The notes: a model not told the origin generated them from the letters alone. 64,000 bases of DNA from Macrostomum lignano (GCA_002269645.1 NIVC01002647.1:89147-153146); one strand, 5' to 3'; positions 24,631 through 38,662 are shown, numbered from the stretch's first letter. Made by a program: numbers and translations.

Positions 24631-27600
24631 TAGGGTGTCCAGTGAGAATTTTTTTTCTGAAATTTTTTGGTTTTGACTTATGTAACTTATAGACCTGGAT
24701 GTTATGAGTAAAATGACACTTCACTTTTTTAATTTGGTCAAGTAATAAAAAAGTTATGAGTATTTTTGTTTTAAAAAGAATGCGTTTTTTCCGTATTCTT
24801 AATACATTAGAAAGTGAAGCCAATTCCACGTCATTTTTACTTTTTTTCTTTAATTAAGTGTAAATAACTTTTTTGTTAGTTAAGCTACTTCTTTGACTTT
24901 GGTGTCAATTTTTAGGTAATTTAACTGTGCAATATAATTTGTAACTAAAAAAGTTCTCCTGCTTAGCAGTTTTTTGCTGCAGGATGTTCTGTTAATAAAA
25001 AAATGTTTTTTTATGCTGCCGGAGTCATACTTTTTTACTTTAAAGTCCCCTTAAAATACTTGTACTATACTTAGACAGACTTTCTTGGTGTCAAACTTTA
25101 GATTTCTTTTAGTTCTTTTAGGAAACATAAAAATTGTGCAGTTTAAGTATAGCTGTAGGTGAGGAGAATTTTTTTAAGGAAAATTTGTGAATAAGGGTTC
25201 AGGAAGGCAAACTGGGTGATAGTGTCTAGTAGACAGTTTTAAGTTAGAATGTCAGGGTTTTTACTTTTTTAACAAATACAACTGGATGTTATGAGTAAAA
25301 TGACATATTACTTTTAAAGATATGTTGAATAATAAAAAAGTTATAAGAATTTTTTTAAAAAAATTCATTGCACTGCTTCTCTCTCTGTATTGTTATAAAT
25401 GGGTAATGACATGTATATGGTATAAAAAATGTTTCATAACTTCATAAGTTTCTGTTTCCATATTTTCTGGCTTGTCCTTAATATATAAATATGACTAATA
25501 TTATGAGTATCTGGCTTTACTGTGAGTTTATGTCATTTATCATGTCAAAATATACTATTTCACTTTCAGATGCTATTATGTCATAATATAAATAGTAATT
25601 GTAAATTATGTCAGAACAATATACTCATACTCAATTTTATCGCTCCATTTCTAACCCTCACTCCAGTGCTTCTGCTAGCATTTAAATTGAATACTACATA
25701 ATATTTCATAAGAATTTATTTCTATGTCCAACTCAACGACACCCAAGACTGGTGCAGCCAGTAGCGCTGGGCCTGGCACCCCTATTGCTCGATCAAGGGG
25801 TCGACCCAGATTGCAGGTCACCAATGCCATGGCAATCGCTACTGTAGAGCAGCAGCAGCAGGGTGTTAGTTTCACTGAAAAATGGACTGCTTTGGCTGAC
25901 TGTCTTGAGCAACAAGACATGAGCCTAGCTGAGTTAAAGACCTTGCAGGGAGCCTTCAGTCGCATGTACGCAAAGGCAGAAGCCCTGAAGAAGAGCACGC
26001 ATGGTGCTGGTAGAGATGAAGGCAGAGCTGCCTACCAGCAGTTCTTGGAGAGTAAATTTGTACCTCCTGCCACGCGTGGCCGTGAGGCTGCAGATGCAGC
26101 TACCACTAGGCCTGCGGATGCACCTGCCACGCCTGCTGGCGCACCTGCCACGCCTGCTGGCGCACCTGCCACGCCTGCTGGCGCACCTGCCACGCCTGCT
26201 GGCGCACCTGCCACGCCTGGTCGCGTCCAGGCAGCTGCCAGTGCCCTGTCACCAGAAGAGCAGCGCGGTCAGGAGGATGGGCTTCATGCAGCACTGCGTG
26301 AGGTAAGCCTTCTAGAGTGAGGAGTGAGGCTGTATCTCGCATTGTCTATTGAAATGAGTTTAAACTTTGAACAGGTACCCTTCGACTTGTCAGGTAGTAA
26401 GATAGTTTTTTTTTACTTTACTGTTGCAAAAAGAAAGCCTTAATTATGTCTTGTCCTGACACAACTTTCCGGGTAACGCAAGGGACTGAAATCTGGAACT
26501 TTATTTTATCCCCCTTTCACACAGGCACGATATCGTCTGACTCTATCCGAGGCAAGGGTCAGGCGGCTTATATTTCGCCTCTCAAGACGGCCATCGATGA
26601 AGGTATGGCAGCAGCGCGTCAGACGCCTCCAGCGGCGGATCCGAGACGCCCGCCGACAATATCGGTACCAGGCCAGGATGCTGCTGGATGTGCGTGCGAA
26701 TCTATTGCTGGAGAAGCGCCAGTCGGCCATTCGCATGGACGCGGAGGCCAAACGTCAGATCGAAGCCCTACGGTCTGAAGTACGGCAGGCGCATCATTTG
26801 CTGGCTGAAGCCAACAGCAAGGTGAGACGAACTGTAAAGTGAAAAAGGGTAGGAAAGTATTAAATTGCTGGTGTGTTTGTTCTTAAGAAGCTGCGCTCAT
26901 CGGAGATGTCTGGCGCACGGGCTTGGATAATGGGATTTGACCTTATGGTAGACGCATAATCAGACACGAACTCAATTGGTCTGGAACCATCATTTCACAC
27001 TTCTACAAAACAGGTTGAACAGCTGACAGGCCAGGTGGCAGCCGGCCGTCTGCTGCAGACAATGGAGTCACGACCTGGAGGTGGCGTGCAGTACACGAAC
27101 GATGTCGTTCGGGCGTGCGTCAGTCTCGTGCTCGATTGCCACGTCCCTTTCCGTTACGTCAGCTCCGCCATTCGAAAGGTCGTGGAGCAGTTGTGCGGGA
27201 TGCAGGTGGAGAACCTGCCGTCCGTGTCGCACATAAGTGCCGTGTCCTACAGCGTCGGCGGGAGTCTCGCTAAGGCCAGCGCCATGGAGAAGCTCCTGGT
27301 GGCCGCGCAGGACGACAAGGCGCTGACGCTGATGACCGACGCCACCAGTAAACGAGGAGAGCACTGGTCGGATTGGCAGGTACAACTATACTTTTTCTCA
27401 TTTGCATAAACTTTTGCTTCGAATGATGGCATGTCGATATCGAAACAGACAGAAGAATACTTACACCAAACTGCAATCCCCCTCATCACACAGATTTCCA
27501 CTGGCGGGAACGAGCAGGTCACGCTGGCTCTTCGGCCTGTAGAGGGTGGTACAGCGGAGATGTACGCCCGTGACATGGACGCCTCCGTCGATGAGCTAGT

Positions 27601-30600
27601 GGAGTCCTTCTGCGACGTCACTAAGCCCGACGTCAGTGTTGAAGACAGGGTCCGGTTGAAGCGGGAGCTCTTCATCCGGATCAACTTTCTCATGACGGAC
27701 CGCCACGTCGTTAACAAGTGCCTGTTGGTGAGTGTGACGCGGAGGGTTAGGTCTAGCAGTGGTTCAGTGTTGTTTCGAGAAATTTACGGCAGTCATTTTT
27801 TCTTACATTTCGTATAGGTGCTTCTTAACGAGATGCGCGACACCTTCGCGAGGCAGGCCGGTGAGGACCAGCCGGAGAAGGTCACGGCCCTTTTCTGTGG
27901 CATGCATGCCATCGTTAATCTGGCTGCCGCGGCTGAAAGCGGTCTCAAAGCCTGGGAGGCCTGCGTGTCATCGCAGCCACTCGGTGCCGCTGCGCTACCC
28001 GGTTTCTGGACTTCAAAGGCCGAGTCCGGTAGGATTTTCCATATGGCGTGCAGGCTAGGGTTACAACTTAAGTTGATGTTGAAAGCTTCTGCACTGTTTG
28101 ATTACTTTCATTGTAAAAAATGTGGTACTAACAGGTTAGAATAATTGACTAAGTCAATAAATATGCAGTCACACGGAGTACTTCCTTTCAATTCAAGTAC
28201 TCCTAATCGATTCTATACCAGTATACGACCCTAACCATGTCCACAGGCACTCAGCGTACCATCAGGACGGTCTGCAAGGCGTTTCATCGGCTCGGGAACG
28301 AGCAGTGCGGCGTCGCAGTTCCGTACGAAACGTACTTACAGTCGCAGGGCGCAAAGCCGTTCCAGATGGAGGACTTCCGCGGCAACCGGGCGTACGTCAT
28401 CTTCCCGAATGGAGGTCACGTTTTCCGCCAGCGGGAGCTCCTGCTGACTTTCCTGACGGAGTACCCGTGCAGCAACCGCCTGCTGCTAGCCGTGCAAGCA
28501 GATCTCGCCTCGAATGTCCTGCTGAGTGGCTGTCGAGCGCTTGGTGTCATCGACATGCTGGTGATTCGGCCATTGTGGATGCTGAACCGGCAGTCAACAG
28601 TCCGAATTCTGGACATGAACCAGCGCTACGAGCAACTCTGCGACTGGCTGGAGGAGCTGGCCACGGCAGACGGCTTCCGCTTTTCGGGCGACCAGAGCGG
28701 CCCATTTCCTGACCTTGCTGGGGCAGTGCTAGCGCCCGATGACGCTGGCGACGTTTGGAGTGCGTTGACGGCCGATGCGTCGCAGCTGGACAACGATCTA
28801 CTGAGCCAGGCGCTGCAGGTCACCGCTGCATACATGCTCGTGCTGCTTCGTCGTGAGGTCTGCGACCACTTGCCCGGCGGTGCCCTGCGCAATTTGTCCG
28901 ACGAGCAGCGCCGTCTGACAGCGGATGCGCCGAAAGACAACGTCGCTCCCGAGCGCAATTTTGCTGTGCTGGACAGCACGGTGACTTGCAAGCCGCACAT
29001 GCGCCCATTGGCTCGAGAGGCGTACGTCCTCTTTCAGCAGAACGCTACGGAGCAGTGGCTGCATCAAAAAACTCGAGATGAGCAGGAGGCCATGCTTTCT
29101 CGGGCTCGGAAGATTTCCGGGAAAGTTGAGGCACGGGCAAAGGCGACGAAACAGGCGATCGACAAGGCACGGCAGCAGTTGCAGCAGGCGCGCATCGAGG
29201 CAGTGCACCGCAAGAGAGTCGCCAAGGACTGCTCCCTCCGTGACCACATGCGCGCTGTTCACGAGTTCGGCGGCGTCTGGATTACCGTCAGCGACATGAC
29301 GGAGGCGCTGCAGCAGCTCCCATCTGGACGTCACGAGCAAGCTGTGACAGCGCAGCTGCGTCTGCAGAAAGCCATGAGTAAGACAGCGTAGTGTTGGTTT
29401 TAAGTAGGAAGTAAATTTTAAAATTGGTCTTTAGCAAAGAAAGTTTCACGAAAATTTTGCTGAAAGTTGACTTTCAAACGTTCAGGAATCAGGTAATTTG
29501 GAGAATTCATTATCACCTACAAACTTACTTCCATGCAGAGCCTACTCTGCCAAGGGACCTGGCTGCCCTGCTCAACCTGTTGCAAGCCGGTGTAAGACGC
29601 AGCCTGCCCGCCCTGACTGCCAACCTGCGACAAGTAATTGCCCATCTGGAGGCTGAAAAGGCAGCAGTTGCCGTCGCGGTCGACACCCAAGGCAACACCA
29701 ACATCCGGCCCTGTAATGAGCGGGCAGAGCTTGTCCGCTCTGCTGTCACCAAGAAGCTGGAGGCCCGTCAGGTGGCAGCTACGACTGGCCAGCAGCACCA
29801 AGGTGGCGCAGCAGGCAGCGGGCGTGGTGCTAGCGCGTCAGGCAGTCGGGCACGCGGTCGGGGTCGCGGACGTGGTCAGGGGTGTGGCCGTGGCCAGGGT
29901 AGAGCTTCGAGCAGGCAAAAGCGAGCGCCGCTGCCGACTTCTGATTCGGAGTCAGACTCTGCCGAGGCCATTGCAGAGCAGCAGGCTGCTGCTATTCCCC
30001 CCTCGCTGAGCAACCTCCCACAGCTGGAAGGCCGACGTGTGGAAGTTTTGTTTGGCTACACCGACGGCGAGGTCTGGGAGCAGGGTGTCGTTGTCCGCCG
30101 TGTTCCGGGTACCAATGCAGACATCCTTGAGCATAAGTTCAAGGTTGTGTTTGACGACCATGGCAGCACAACCTTTGAATATAACTTTTACGAAGACTAT
30201 TTGAAGGGCGACCTTCATGTCCTGTCAGACGACGAGTAGCTCAACAGAGTTACTGAACTTCTTGAATATTGAGTCTAAACTGAAATGATCAAGTGAGAGT
30301 GGATAATGTAGTATAGGTAATTACAATTCCTTAACTAAAAGCAACATTACTATCATATAAGTTGTTTAGATCAACAGCTCATATACATCAATTTCAATTT
30401 GGGTCAAAGCAGAGTCAAATAGTCCCCATTAAAAGCTGCGAAATGCCCAGTTTTGTTTTTTCCCTATCTCCGCAGTGTATTTCCAAGAAACGTTCTACAG
30501 TCTATGGCCAATGGTGCCTTTGCGTTTTGGCCTACATAGAAATCCTTTCTAGACCTGATTTGGGGTGCGTTAGGCTACATTTTAAGCAAAGGAAACATTC

Positions 30601-31213
30601 GTGCTTCAAACAGGCCATCCAATATTTGAAGTTTTACATTTTCCTATGAGATTTTACATGTATTTGGTGAAATTTTTGCCCAGCACTTGCGTTTATAGTT
30701 AGGAGGTCGAACTTTCGCTGAAACTGCTTCATTTGGTTGCCATAACAACTACATACAGTTTCAGGGGCATGCTTACACCCGATCTTGAAAAACTGACATT
30801 CACCAATTTTCATGTACATGACATGCTTGTACATGAAAAAATTTTTTCTTCAAAAAAAATAGCTCCTAAGGTACTCATACATGTTTACTAAGCTCCAGTG
30901 TTGAAAAAAATCATGAAAAACAGTTCAGTTTTTATGTAGGACCAATTCTACAAAACCCACTTTCTTTTTTGGATTTTGCCTCAATTTTAAATTTCTGTAA
31001 AAATGGTACAACTTTGCCATGCTGTAACTTTTTTGTATAAAATGAAATCGCTTGATTCTTTTTTTATGTTGTAGATATAAGTCCTAACTTTCTAAAAAGT
31101 ATAAACTCATTGCTGTAGCTTACATACTTACCGATTTACAGACATTTGAAATTAGGTCATTTTCATATTTTTCAAAAATCATACATTGAAAAAATAGCTC
31201 ACTGGACACCCTA
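24631..31213 (+). mobile_element. Autonomous-looking hAT-superfamily DNA transposon (hATw-like), 6583 bp
   Basis: 16-bp perfect TIR TAGGGTGTCCAGTGAG / CTCACTGGACACCCTA. Flanking duplication TTATTAT (7 bp with TAG termini). Encodes a transposase. Confidence 0.88.
25724..30239 (+). CDS. Spliced hAT-like transposase, 1172 aa, 7 exons
   Basis: Exons 25724-26302, 26525-26821, 27014-27379, 27494-27727, 27818-28028, 28247-29377, 29539-30239; all GT-AG; 3519 nt open. Motifs LMTDATSKRG (D), LMTDRHVVN (D), FCGMH (CxxH), APERNFAVLD (E). C-terminal RG-rich tract and Tudor/SH3-like domain. Confidence 0.8.
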
Positions 31214-34200
31214 TTATTATTTAAAACTTATTATTTAATTATTTAATTATACCAACCTTTTTTTGACTACTACTAGTGTAACAATCGAAAGCATGTAAGA
31301 TATTTCAGAAATTTATCACGTGGAAATTATCACAAAAAGAAAAAAAATTAAAATATAATATAATGTAGCAACATACCTGTAAATGAAACAATTAAAAAAA
31401 GAATTTTGGAAGCAATATCATTTGATATTTGATCTAATGTGTCTGGGACAATTGGTGGTAATTTGGGACCAAGTGCATCGGCTTTGCTGGAAAATAAAAA
31501 GCTTTGAAATAAGTTGCAAAGAAAGATAGCCATCTGAGCGTGCGCAGGTAACGTTCGTACCTCATTCTCATTGGTGATATTATTAGAATCTGTGCCAAAA
31601 AAATTGAGAATCCGTGGAGGAAATTGAAAAGCATTTAAATAATACAGAGAAGGAACTCTCAGCAAAGAATCCAACATCTTAAAAAGTTTTTTGTTAACAG
31701 CCAGCTAAAATACAAATCATGAAACAACGTTTGCAGAGGCACATTTTACACTAATTTATCGACGCACGTTTCATAGAAAATCAGAAGTCAAAAGTCCGTT
31801 AGTCCAATATAACAGGTTTATTCCTAGTAGTTGCACATTTAAAAGTTAAAAAAAGTTTGTAAATAATAATAACACAATACAGTTAGTATTAAGACTGCAA
31901 ATTACCTAAAAAATATCTGTAAGGTATACTCTTCTTTAAAATTTTACGTGATATTGTTGTTGCACGATCGCCTGGGTCGTTCTCAAAGCTAGGTCACAAC
32001 TTTTTGTTATTGCAAAAAAAGTTTATACATCGACCAATAATCGTACCAAAAAAATTATTTCGACAATTTCTGTAAGAAGCTGCTACTAAAACCACAAGAA
32101 AACTTGAAATTGAGAAGAAATCAAGGCTATTTGTTATTCTTTGTTGCGGAAAATAAACGACAAAAATATTAAAGAGAAAATAAAATTTTCTTCTATTTTT
32201 ATTTTAAATATGCAGATAAATTTCTTTTGCAAAAATAAAAGAACAAGAAATTTACAAAGGAAATGTTTTTGAGCACAGCATTTTGTTACTCTGCTCTAAA
32301 TCCCAGACATTTAAAATTATCGTGTGCGAAAAAGTGCGAAATATTATAGCATGCACTCGAAAGGACTTCGATCAGTTTAACTTATCACTGAATTAAGAAG
32401 TCTAAATAAGTCTTGAAAGGTTGAATTAAAAATCAAGTTTTCACTATGTATCTTTTCAAAGTCAAGATGATTCGACAAATAAAGAATGTTCATTTTTACG
32501 GTGAACAGAATTGTTCATTTTTACATTAAATATAATAAAATCTAACTAATAATAGAAAAAGTCAGGGAACTATCCTTGAACACCAAAAAGCACATTGTGG
32601 ATTTAATATCAACTGCATGTTCCTTATTAAAGGAATTCGGATACTAGTATATATTTTATTTTTTGTAGCATAATTTCTGAAAACTATAACTTGCTTGATT
32701 TTACTTTAAGTACTTATTACATTAATGCTTATACCAAAGCTACATGTACTTAAAATAAAAAATTATAGTTACTTATTAGACATTTTACTCCAATTAACTT
32801 AAAATAATTCAAATTTGTTTTAATGAATTCATTTTTTGAAACTTTTTGGAAAATAGACAAAATTGAATTATTTAATTACCAAAAACCTACTAGCTTAACT
32901 AAAATAGCAATTAGTCTTTAAGAAAAGATTTCACTTGTTAATTGAGAAAAATGAGGATGTGCGAGGTGTAAAAATGCGAAAGAGCATGCAGGAAACAGAG
33001 ACAAACAAAAATGTAGGTAAAAGACACTGCACATGCACATAATATGATAACCAGACATAATGCGCACACTGAAACACCAGTAGCAATGACGCCCAAGCTT
33101 TTGATGATCACAAGCGAAAAGGCAAAACCCAGCCATCAATCAAAGAAGTAGACTTTAGCACGCATCTTGAGTGCATCACGCATTTTTTGCAGAGAAGCTC
33201 GAAAATTAACATTGTATTCTGTGCACAACCACCAACTGCGACAGGGTCTGCCGGGGGATTTGTGGGCACGCAGTCGCGGATACAAAACGGAGGAGTCGCT
33301 GACCATTCTGAAATTACTAGCTAGTACATGTAATTTTGTGTATTAATATATTCAGCCCGCTTTATTTCTATGCTCTCGTCCGCCTCTCGTTAATGCATCC
33401 CCAGACTCTTGCAATAATCAAACTTATGATCGACCTATGCATGGCTTCCGTCCCTCGCTTTGAATCTCTCACCTCCCCATAGTTCCATCAACCTTACCTT
33501 AGTGGCTTCCTATGCAAAAATCATCCCTCCGCATCTTACACAGGCTACTTCAGGCTGTAGACTGTACTACACTATTAATTAGTTGCGCTATAAGGAATCT
33601 ACATGTATTTTGCTCGCAGCGCAGCGCGCTGCTCAAAGAAGTTTAGTTCTATCTAGATATTCTAGTAATTTCAGGTTTGTCCATAGACTAGAGCTCATGA
33701 GATGAGAATTCCATTAACTAGTACATTTAATATGAATGAACTGCGTGTGTGTGTGCTGTGCATTCATATGTATAATATACGAGTAGTTTATGGGCCAAAT
33801 TATTGTGTGGCACAATTCTTGGCATCACTCAGCAGGCACAAGATGCAGTTAAGCAGCGCACGAAAATTCTACAAAAGAAATTGAGCCTGGTTGAGGTGAT
33901 GCGAGGAGGCAGATCCACACAATCTCAGTGAATACACCAGACTGCACCAGATACGAGTCCAGTCGAATGTGCGCACTGGTCTAAGCAGCACACGCATGTC
34001 CTTCTGACAATGACGGCACCTAGCTTCGTCCAAGCCTTTGCCAGCGTCACTGACAGCGTCAATACTACCATGCAGTGCCACCTGCAGCACCGACAACGGC
34101 AATTCCTCCAGTTAGCCCACTACAGTGGCTAAACTGAGGGACAGGGAACCTACCCACAGAAGACACACACATACACACACAGCACCGGCAGCAGCACTCT

Positions 34201-36673
34201 GACAGCATAACCTAAAGCTCCATGAGCTCAGTTTTCAAGCATTGAAGAAGCAGAAGCAGTCATCTTGGATCCAGGGATCAGGAAGAGTGTTGCATGTCCG
34301 ACATGTGCTGTTTCCGTGGCAAAAGGTGATGGAGCAAATTAATCAACACTTACTATCTAGCTCGTATTAAGACTAAAAAACTGAGGCAAGCTGGGATTAA
34401 ACCAAAGAAAATTTTTTACTATACTTTTTTACCATATACTTTTACTATACTTCTATAGTATAGTAGAGAGGTACTCTATTTAAATGCAGTAAGAAGTGAA
34501 ACAAATTTATATATTTAATTATTAAATTAAATTAATTCAAGGTAAATAACTAATTTAACCAATTTATTAGGAGTATTTATTATTATAATAAATTGATTTT
34601 TATACCTTACACGAAATAAGCTCTACATTCATTTCTTAGCTTGGGGCCCATCTGTATAAGGTCAGTTTCTTCAAAATGCTGATTAATTAATTAAGGCCTG
34701 TTGTCTTTACTTAAATTTGTAAGGGCATCTTAGAAGTTAATATTACTATATAATACATGTATAATAGTATTACTATATTATAGTAATATAGTTGCAATTT
34801 TAATGACTATTGAATAAGTTTAAATGCTTCCCCTATTGACTCTAAATATATGGTATTTTTCCCTTCAGAAAAAATTAGCATAGAATGACTTGATGAAAAC
34901 AAAAAAAATCATTTTGAGATACACATTTGCTGATCATTCAGGACAAATTTCAAGGTCCAGTTTTGCACATGTTTCTCTGTAGCTTGGTTACAAGGATTTT
35001 AATAAAAATATAATAAATATGTCCAATGAACTAACTGATACATAGCCAAATTGAAGTATTTTCAAAAACAAAAAAATCATTTGCTCAGTTTACTTTATGG
35101 ATATCTTTGTAAAATTTCAGCTCAAAAGGTGCTCCATGGAGAATGCTAGTGTGGTTACAGGATATTTATTTTGTGCTTCAAAGTAGGAGTTTATTGCGAT
35201 GCATGGTTGCTTTTAATTATTTTTATCAACAATAGTGCTCTATTTCATAACAATTTTTTACAAAAAGATAATAAGACATGTTTTTCTAATTATCTGCATC
35301 AAAATGTATCATTTTAAGCACGCATTCTAGACGTCAGCCGAAAAATACATTTTGTGAGACGCAAAGAGGCTATCCCACCGGAAATGCTAGGCGTACAGTT
35401 AAAGCGTCTATAAAATCATTTGTAGTGCAGTTTATTGAGCTTTAAAAAATTCTTAAATTAAATTTATATAAGCTTTCATTTTAAATGTAATATAGCAAGG
35501 TTTCAACACAACAGCAACTTTTTTTAGCTACAGACATCTTGTAGTATCAAAAATTAACATCGGTGAAATGATTGAATTTGAATTTTTTCATCGCTAATTA
35601 TCGCTTAATACCGCCAGATGATTAAAAATACTTATGTATGATAAAGTTCAACCCAAAAATTATCTTTATTGACAGATAAAAGTGTCCTATTATTTTCAAT
35701 ATGGCAGTAACAATAGTAAATGTTCGGAAAATTGTTAAAATTTTTGCTCCTTCTAGAATTTGCGAACGACCCGCCTGCACTTAGCCAGCTGCTACTTTTT
35801 TACACTTAATTTTTTTCTAAAGGGTGTTTGAAATTTGAATATCGTCATTCAGTGGCCATCTTAAGTGGATTGAAATCACTACAGTAGTAAACACACCACA
35901 GTATATACATACTATAAATTATGCGTTGGAATGTACTTCTTCAGTTTAAATTCTCAATTAGTAAGTAAACCGCATTTGATTGCTGCTTGTATTGTATCTG
36001 CTTGGGATCAGACTATTGTAGTCACAAAATTGTGGCTAGATTTTTATATATATATCGATAATCACTATATATATTATTCTATGACATTTGCTTATGTATT
36101 TGCCACTTTAGTTAAATTATTTGATTTTCTTACAAAGCTCATTGACCTAGCTTAGTCTAATGTTCTTATAATTGTATGAAATCAGGCCTAGGGCCATGCA
36201 TTTTTAGACCTGTTATTTTTATAACTTACAGTAATCATATAAATAGTAAAAGTCGTTTTTTACAGTCAACACTTGTAACAATTACCCAAGCCAAGTATAT
36301 AAATTGAATAATAACTTGCTATATTGCTATAAGGACTCTACTAAAACTACCTAAAATACTAATTATTATAGGCCCTAGTTGTTTTGCTAACAAACATTTT
36401 TAGGACAGTCATTTTGGTAAGTAATTAGCCAAGTCATTTTGGCAAAGATAAGGATCTTTGGATCACCATATTAGATTAGAAAGTTTTGCACAAATTTTGG
36501 CACATGTTTTTACTTTAAAATTTTTCAAAAGAATTTCAAAAGTTTTGGCACTTAAATTTTGTAAGAAAATTTTTATAGTTTTTCCATGTGCAAGTTGCGC
36601 AAGTTTACTAAAGATATGAAATTTTATGATAAAGACCCTATATCTTTATATTTATATATTTGAGTATTCTAAG

Positions 36674-37418
36674 TGTGACAGGCCTTTTGGCTCTGTCTTT
36701 CTAAACTTCTAACTATTAGTGTTTATTAAATATCCTACGAGCTGCCACCAAAGTTGTTACAGGCCTTTCACTTCTTACTTTATCAATTTTAATCCCACCG
36801 ATTTGCCAACTACAGTTATCCTGATTATACTTGCTTTTACTCCCTAACTATTTCTTAGAATTTCATTTAAATATTTCTGGGTAGCGTTCTTAGTAGCGTT
36901 TCTGGTAGCTTATGGCTTGCTTTCTGGTAGCGTTCTAGTAGCTTATGGCCTGAGCGGTCTAGTACTGGTATATGTATTAGTGTATAGTCCTAATCGGGCG
37001 TTCACCGAGACTAGAGGGTCACGGCGCCTCTCTTGGTATATCTCCAAGAATTAGTCCCAATTCCCTTCTCTTAGCAAATTTCTTAGAATCGTTTCACAGG
37101 TTTTGCAAATAAATAAGTCGCTATTTAGCTCAAAGACTTTGAAATGGTTTAGATTGAACTGCTTATTCTGTTCGCAATTATTTGCTCACGAGTATAAGAC
37201 AGTTAGAGTATATTTGTCGCGAAACCGCTCCTATATATAGTGATTTTCCCCACATACGATTAAAACAAAAAAAATAATTCTCCAATTTATTTCGCGCATT
37301 AAAACAAACTATTATTTGGCGTTCGCGTAGATTCAGTTTCTAAGAAAGATTCGAATATACAGTTATTACATTGAAAGAACATTCGAGTATACTATGATAA
37401 AGGCATAGCACTAGTACA
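36674..37418 (-). repeat. 3' LTR of L1 (745 bp)
   Basis: Near-identical to 40950-41705. Confidence 0.95.
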
Positions 37419-37430
37419 ACTTTCCTCCTC
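37419..37430 (-). other. Polypurine tract of L1
   Basis: GAGGAGGAAAGT on the minus strand abutting the 3' LTR. Confidence 0.8.
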
Positions 37431-37704
37431 TATATATCAAATTTTGAACGAAATACTATATTGTATGTATACAGTGAAAAATTGATATCGTAGGAAAATG
37501 TAGGTGAAAAGGTGCAAAGCAAGGTGCAGAAAACACAATTCAGTGCTAAAACAATTGGTGCATAAAATGGTTGTGATAGAACTATTATGTAGGTAAACCA
37601 TTAAAGTGAGAACTATTATGGAAGCAAAACGAACTATTATAAAAGTATTATAAAAGGCAAAATTGTTATTAAAGGCAACGCAAAAGTTAGTTCACCTCAA
37701 TAGT

Positions 37705-38579
37705 TCAGATAAACATGCAGGGCTCCGGGAGGTCGCGATAGTAGGGCCAGCCGACTTGAGCGAAAAACCATCGGTACTCTTCGTCGAGGACCGTCAGCGC
37801 TGGCGGCGGGTTGGCTCTTATAGCTCGCTGGAGGCGATAGGCGACGTCCTGGAGAACAGCGACAGCTTCCTGGTAACTGAATTGATCCCTTAGAAACTTC
37901 AGGTGTGTCCAAATTTGTGAGCATTGGGGTAGCGCTGTCGGCTGTCGGATCGGTGGTACGCTACTTTCAGTGCGTATTGCTCAATGTGGAAGCGTAGCTT
38001 TTCCACCTCTGCTCCGCGAGTCTCCACAAGTTCTCGGACGATGCGATGAAAATCTCTCTGCGAATTCGATTGCTGCTGGCTCGGCTGTAGTGCTGATGGC
38101 TGGCTAGACTGCTGCGCTGATTGCAGGCTCGGCTGCAACGCTGACTGCTGCGCTGATTGCAGGCTCGGCTGCGACGCTGGCTGCTGAGCTGGCGGTGTCG
38201 CAGCTGTCGATTTCTTCTGCCGTGGTGCCGGGGTCTTTCTCGATGATGGGGCAGCTGGCGGTGACACCAACTGCTGCGTTCGGCTTGATGTCGACGATCC
38301 TGGCGTGGCCTTGACAACATAGGAGCGCACGGGCGCAGCTGCCTGTGCTGCCACCAGGGCGGCGCGCTTCTGCTCGGGGCCTTCGACCCTCATTTGGCGG
38401 CAAGGCGATGAAGCTGGCGATGATGTTCTTGGCCGTTTGCTGGATACACCAGGCGCCTTTGGACGTGTTGCACATCGAAGCGGTGCCTCATTTTCGTCGG
38501 TGTTGGGCGCTGGCTGGGGCTCCATATCGTCTGACAGATTGCCAATTAACTCGTCCAAGATATCAATAGAGTTGTTCAT
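37705..38579 (-). CDS. Accessory ORF of L1, unknown function (226 aa as given; ~291 aa if a 1-nt frameshift near 37910 is corrected)
   Basis: ATG at 38579. The frame stops at 37899, but the -1 frame continues WTHLKFLRDQFSYQEAVAVLQDVAYRLQRAIRANPPPALTVLDEEYRWFFAQVGWPYYRDLPEPCMFI* to 37705. Confidence 0.6.
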
Positions 38580-38662
38580 TTTGATTTCTCTGCGAATGGC
38601 TCTTAGAATAGAAAGGAAGCTAGCAGTGAGCTATGGGATCTGTGGGGCCTGCAGGGTGCTCG

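Noticed and set aside
33170-34330. GC-richer islands as exons or gene
   Set aside because: All frames examined contain stops or lack recognisable motifs, and no consistent splice model was found.
37905-37915. Programmed -1 frameshift at AAATTTG in the L1 accessory ORF
   Set aside because: The heptamer is phased AAA-TTT-G rather than X-XXY-YYZ, so a 1-nt deletion or sequencing error is more likely.
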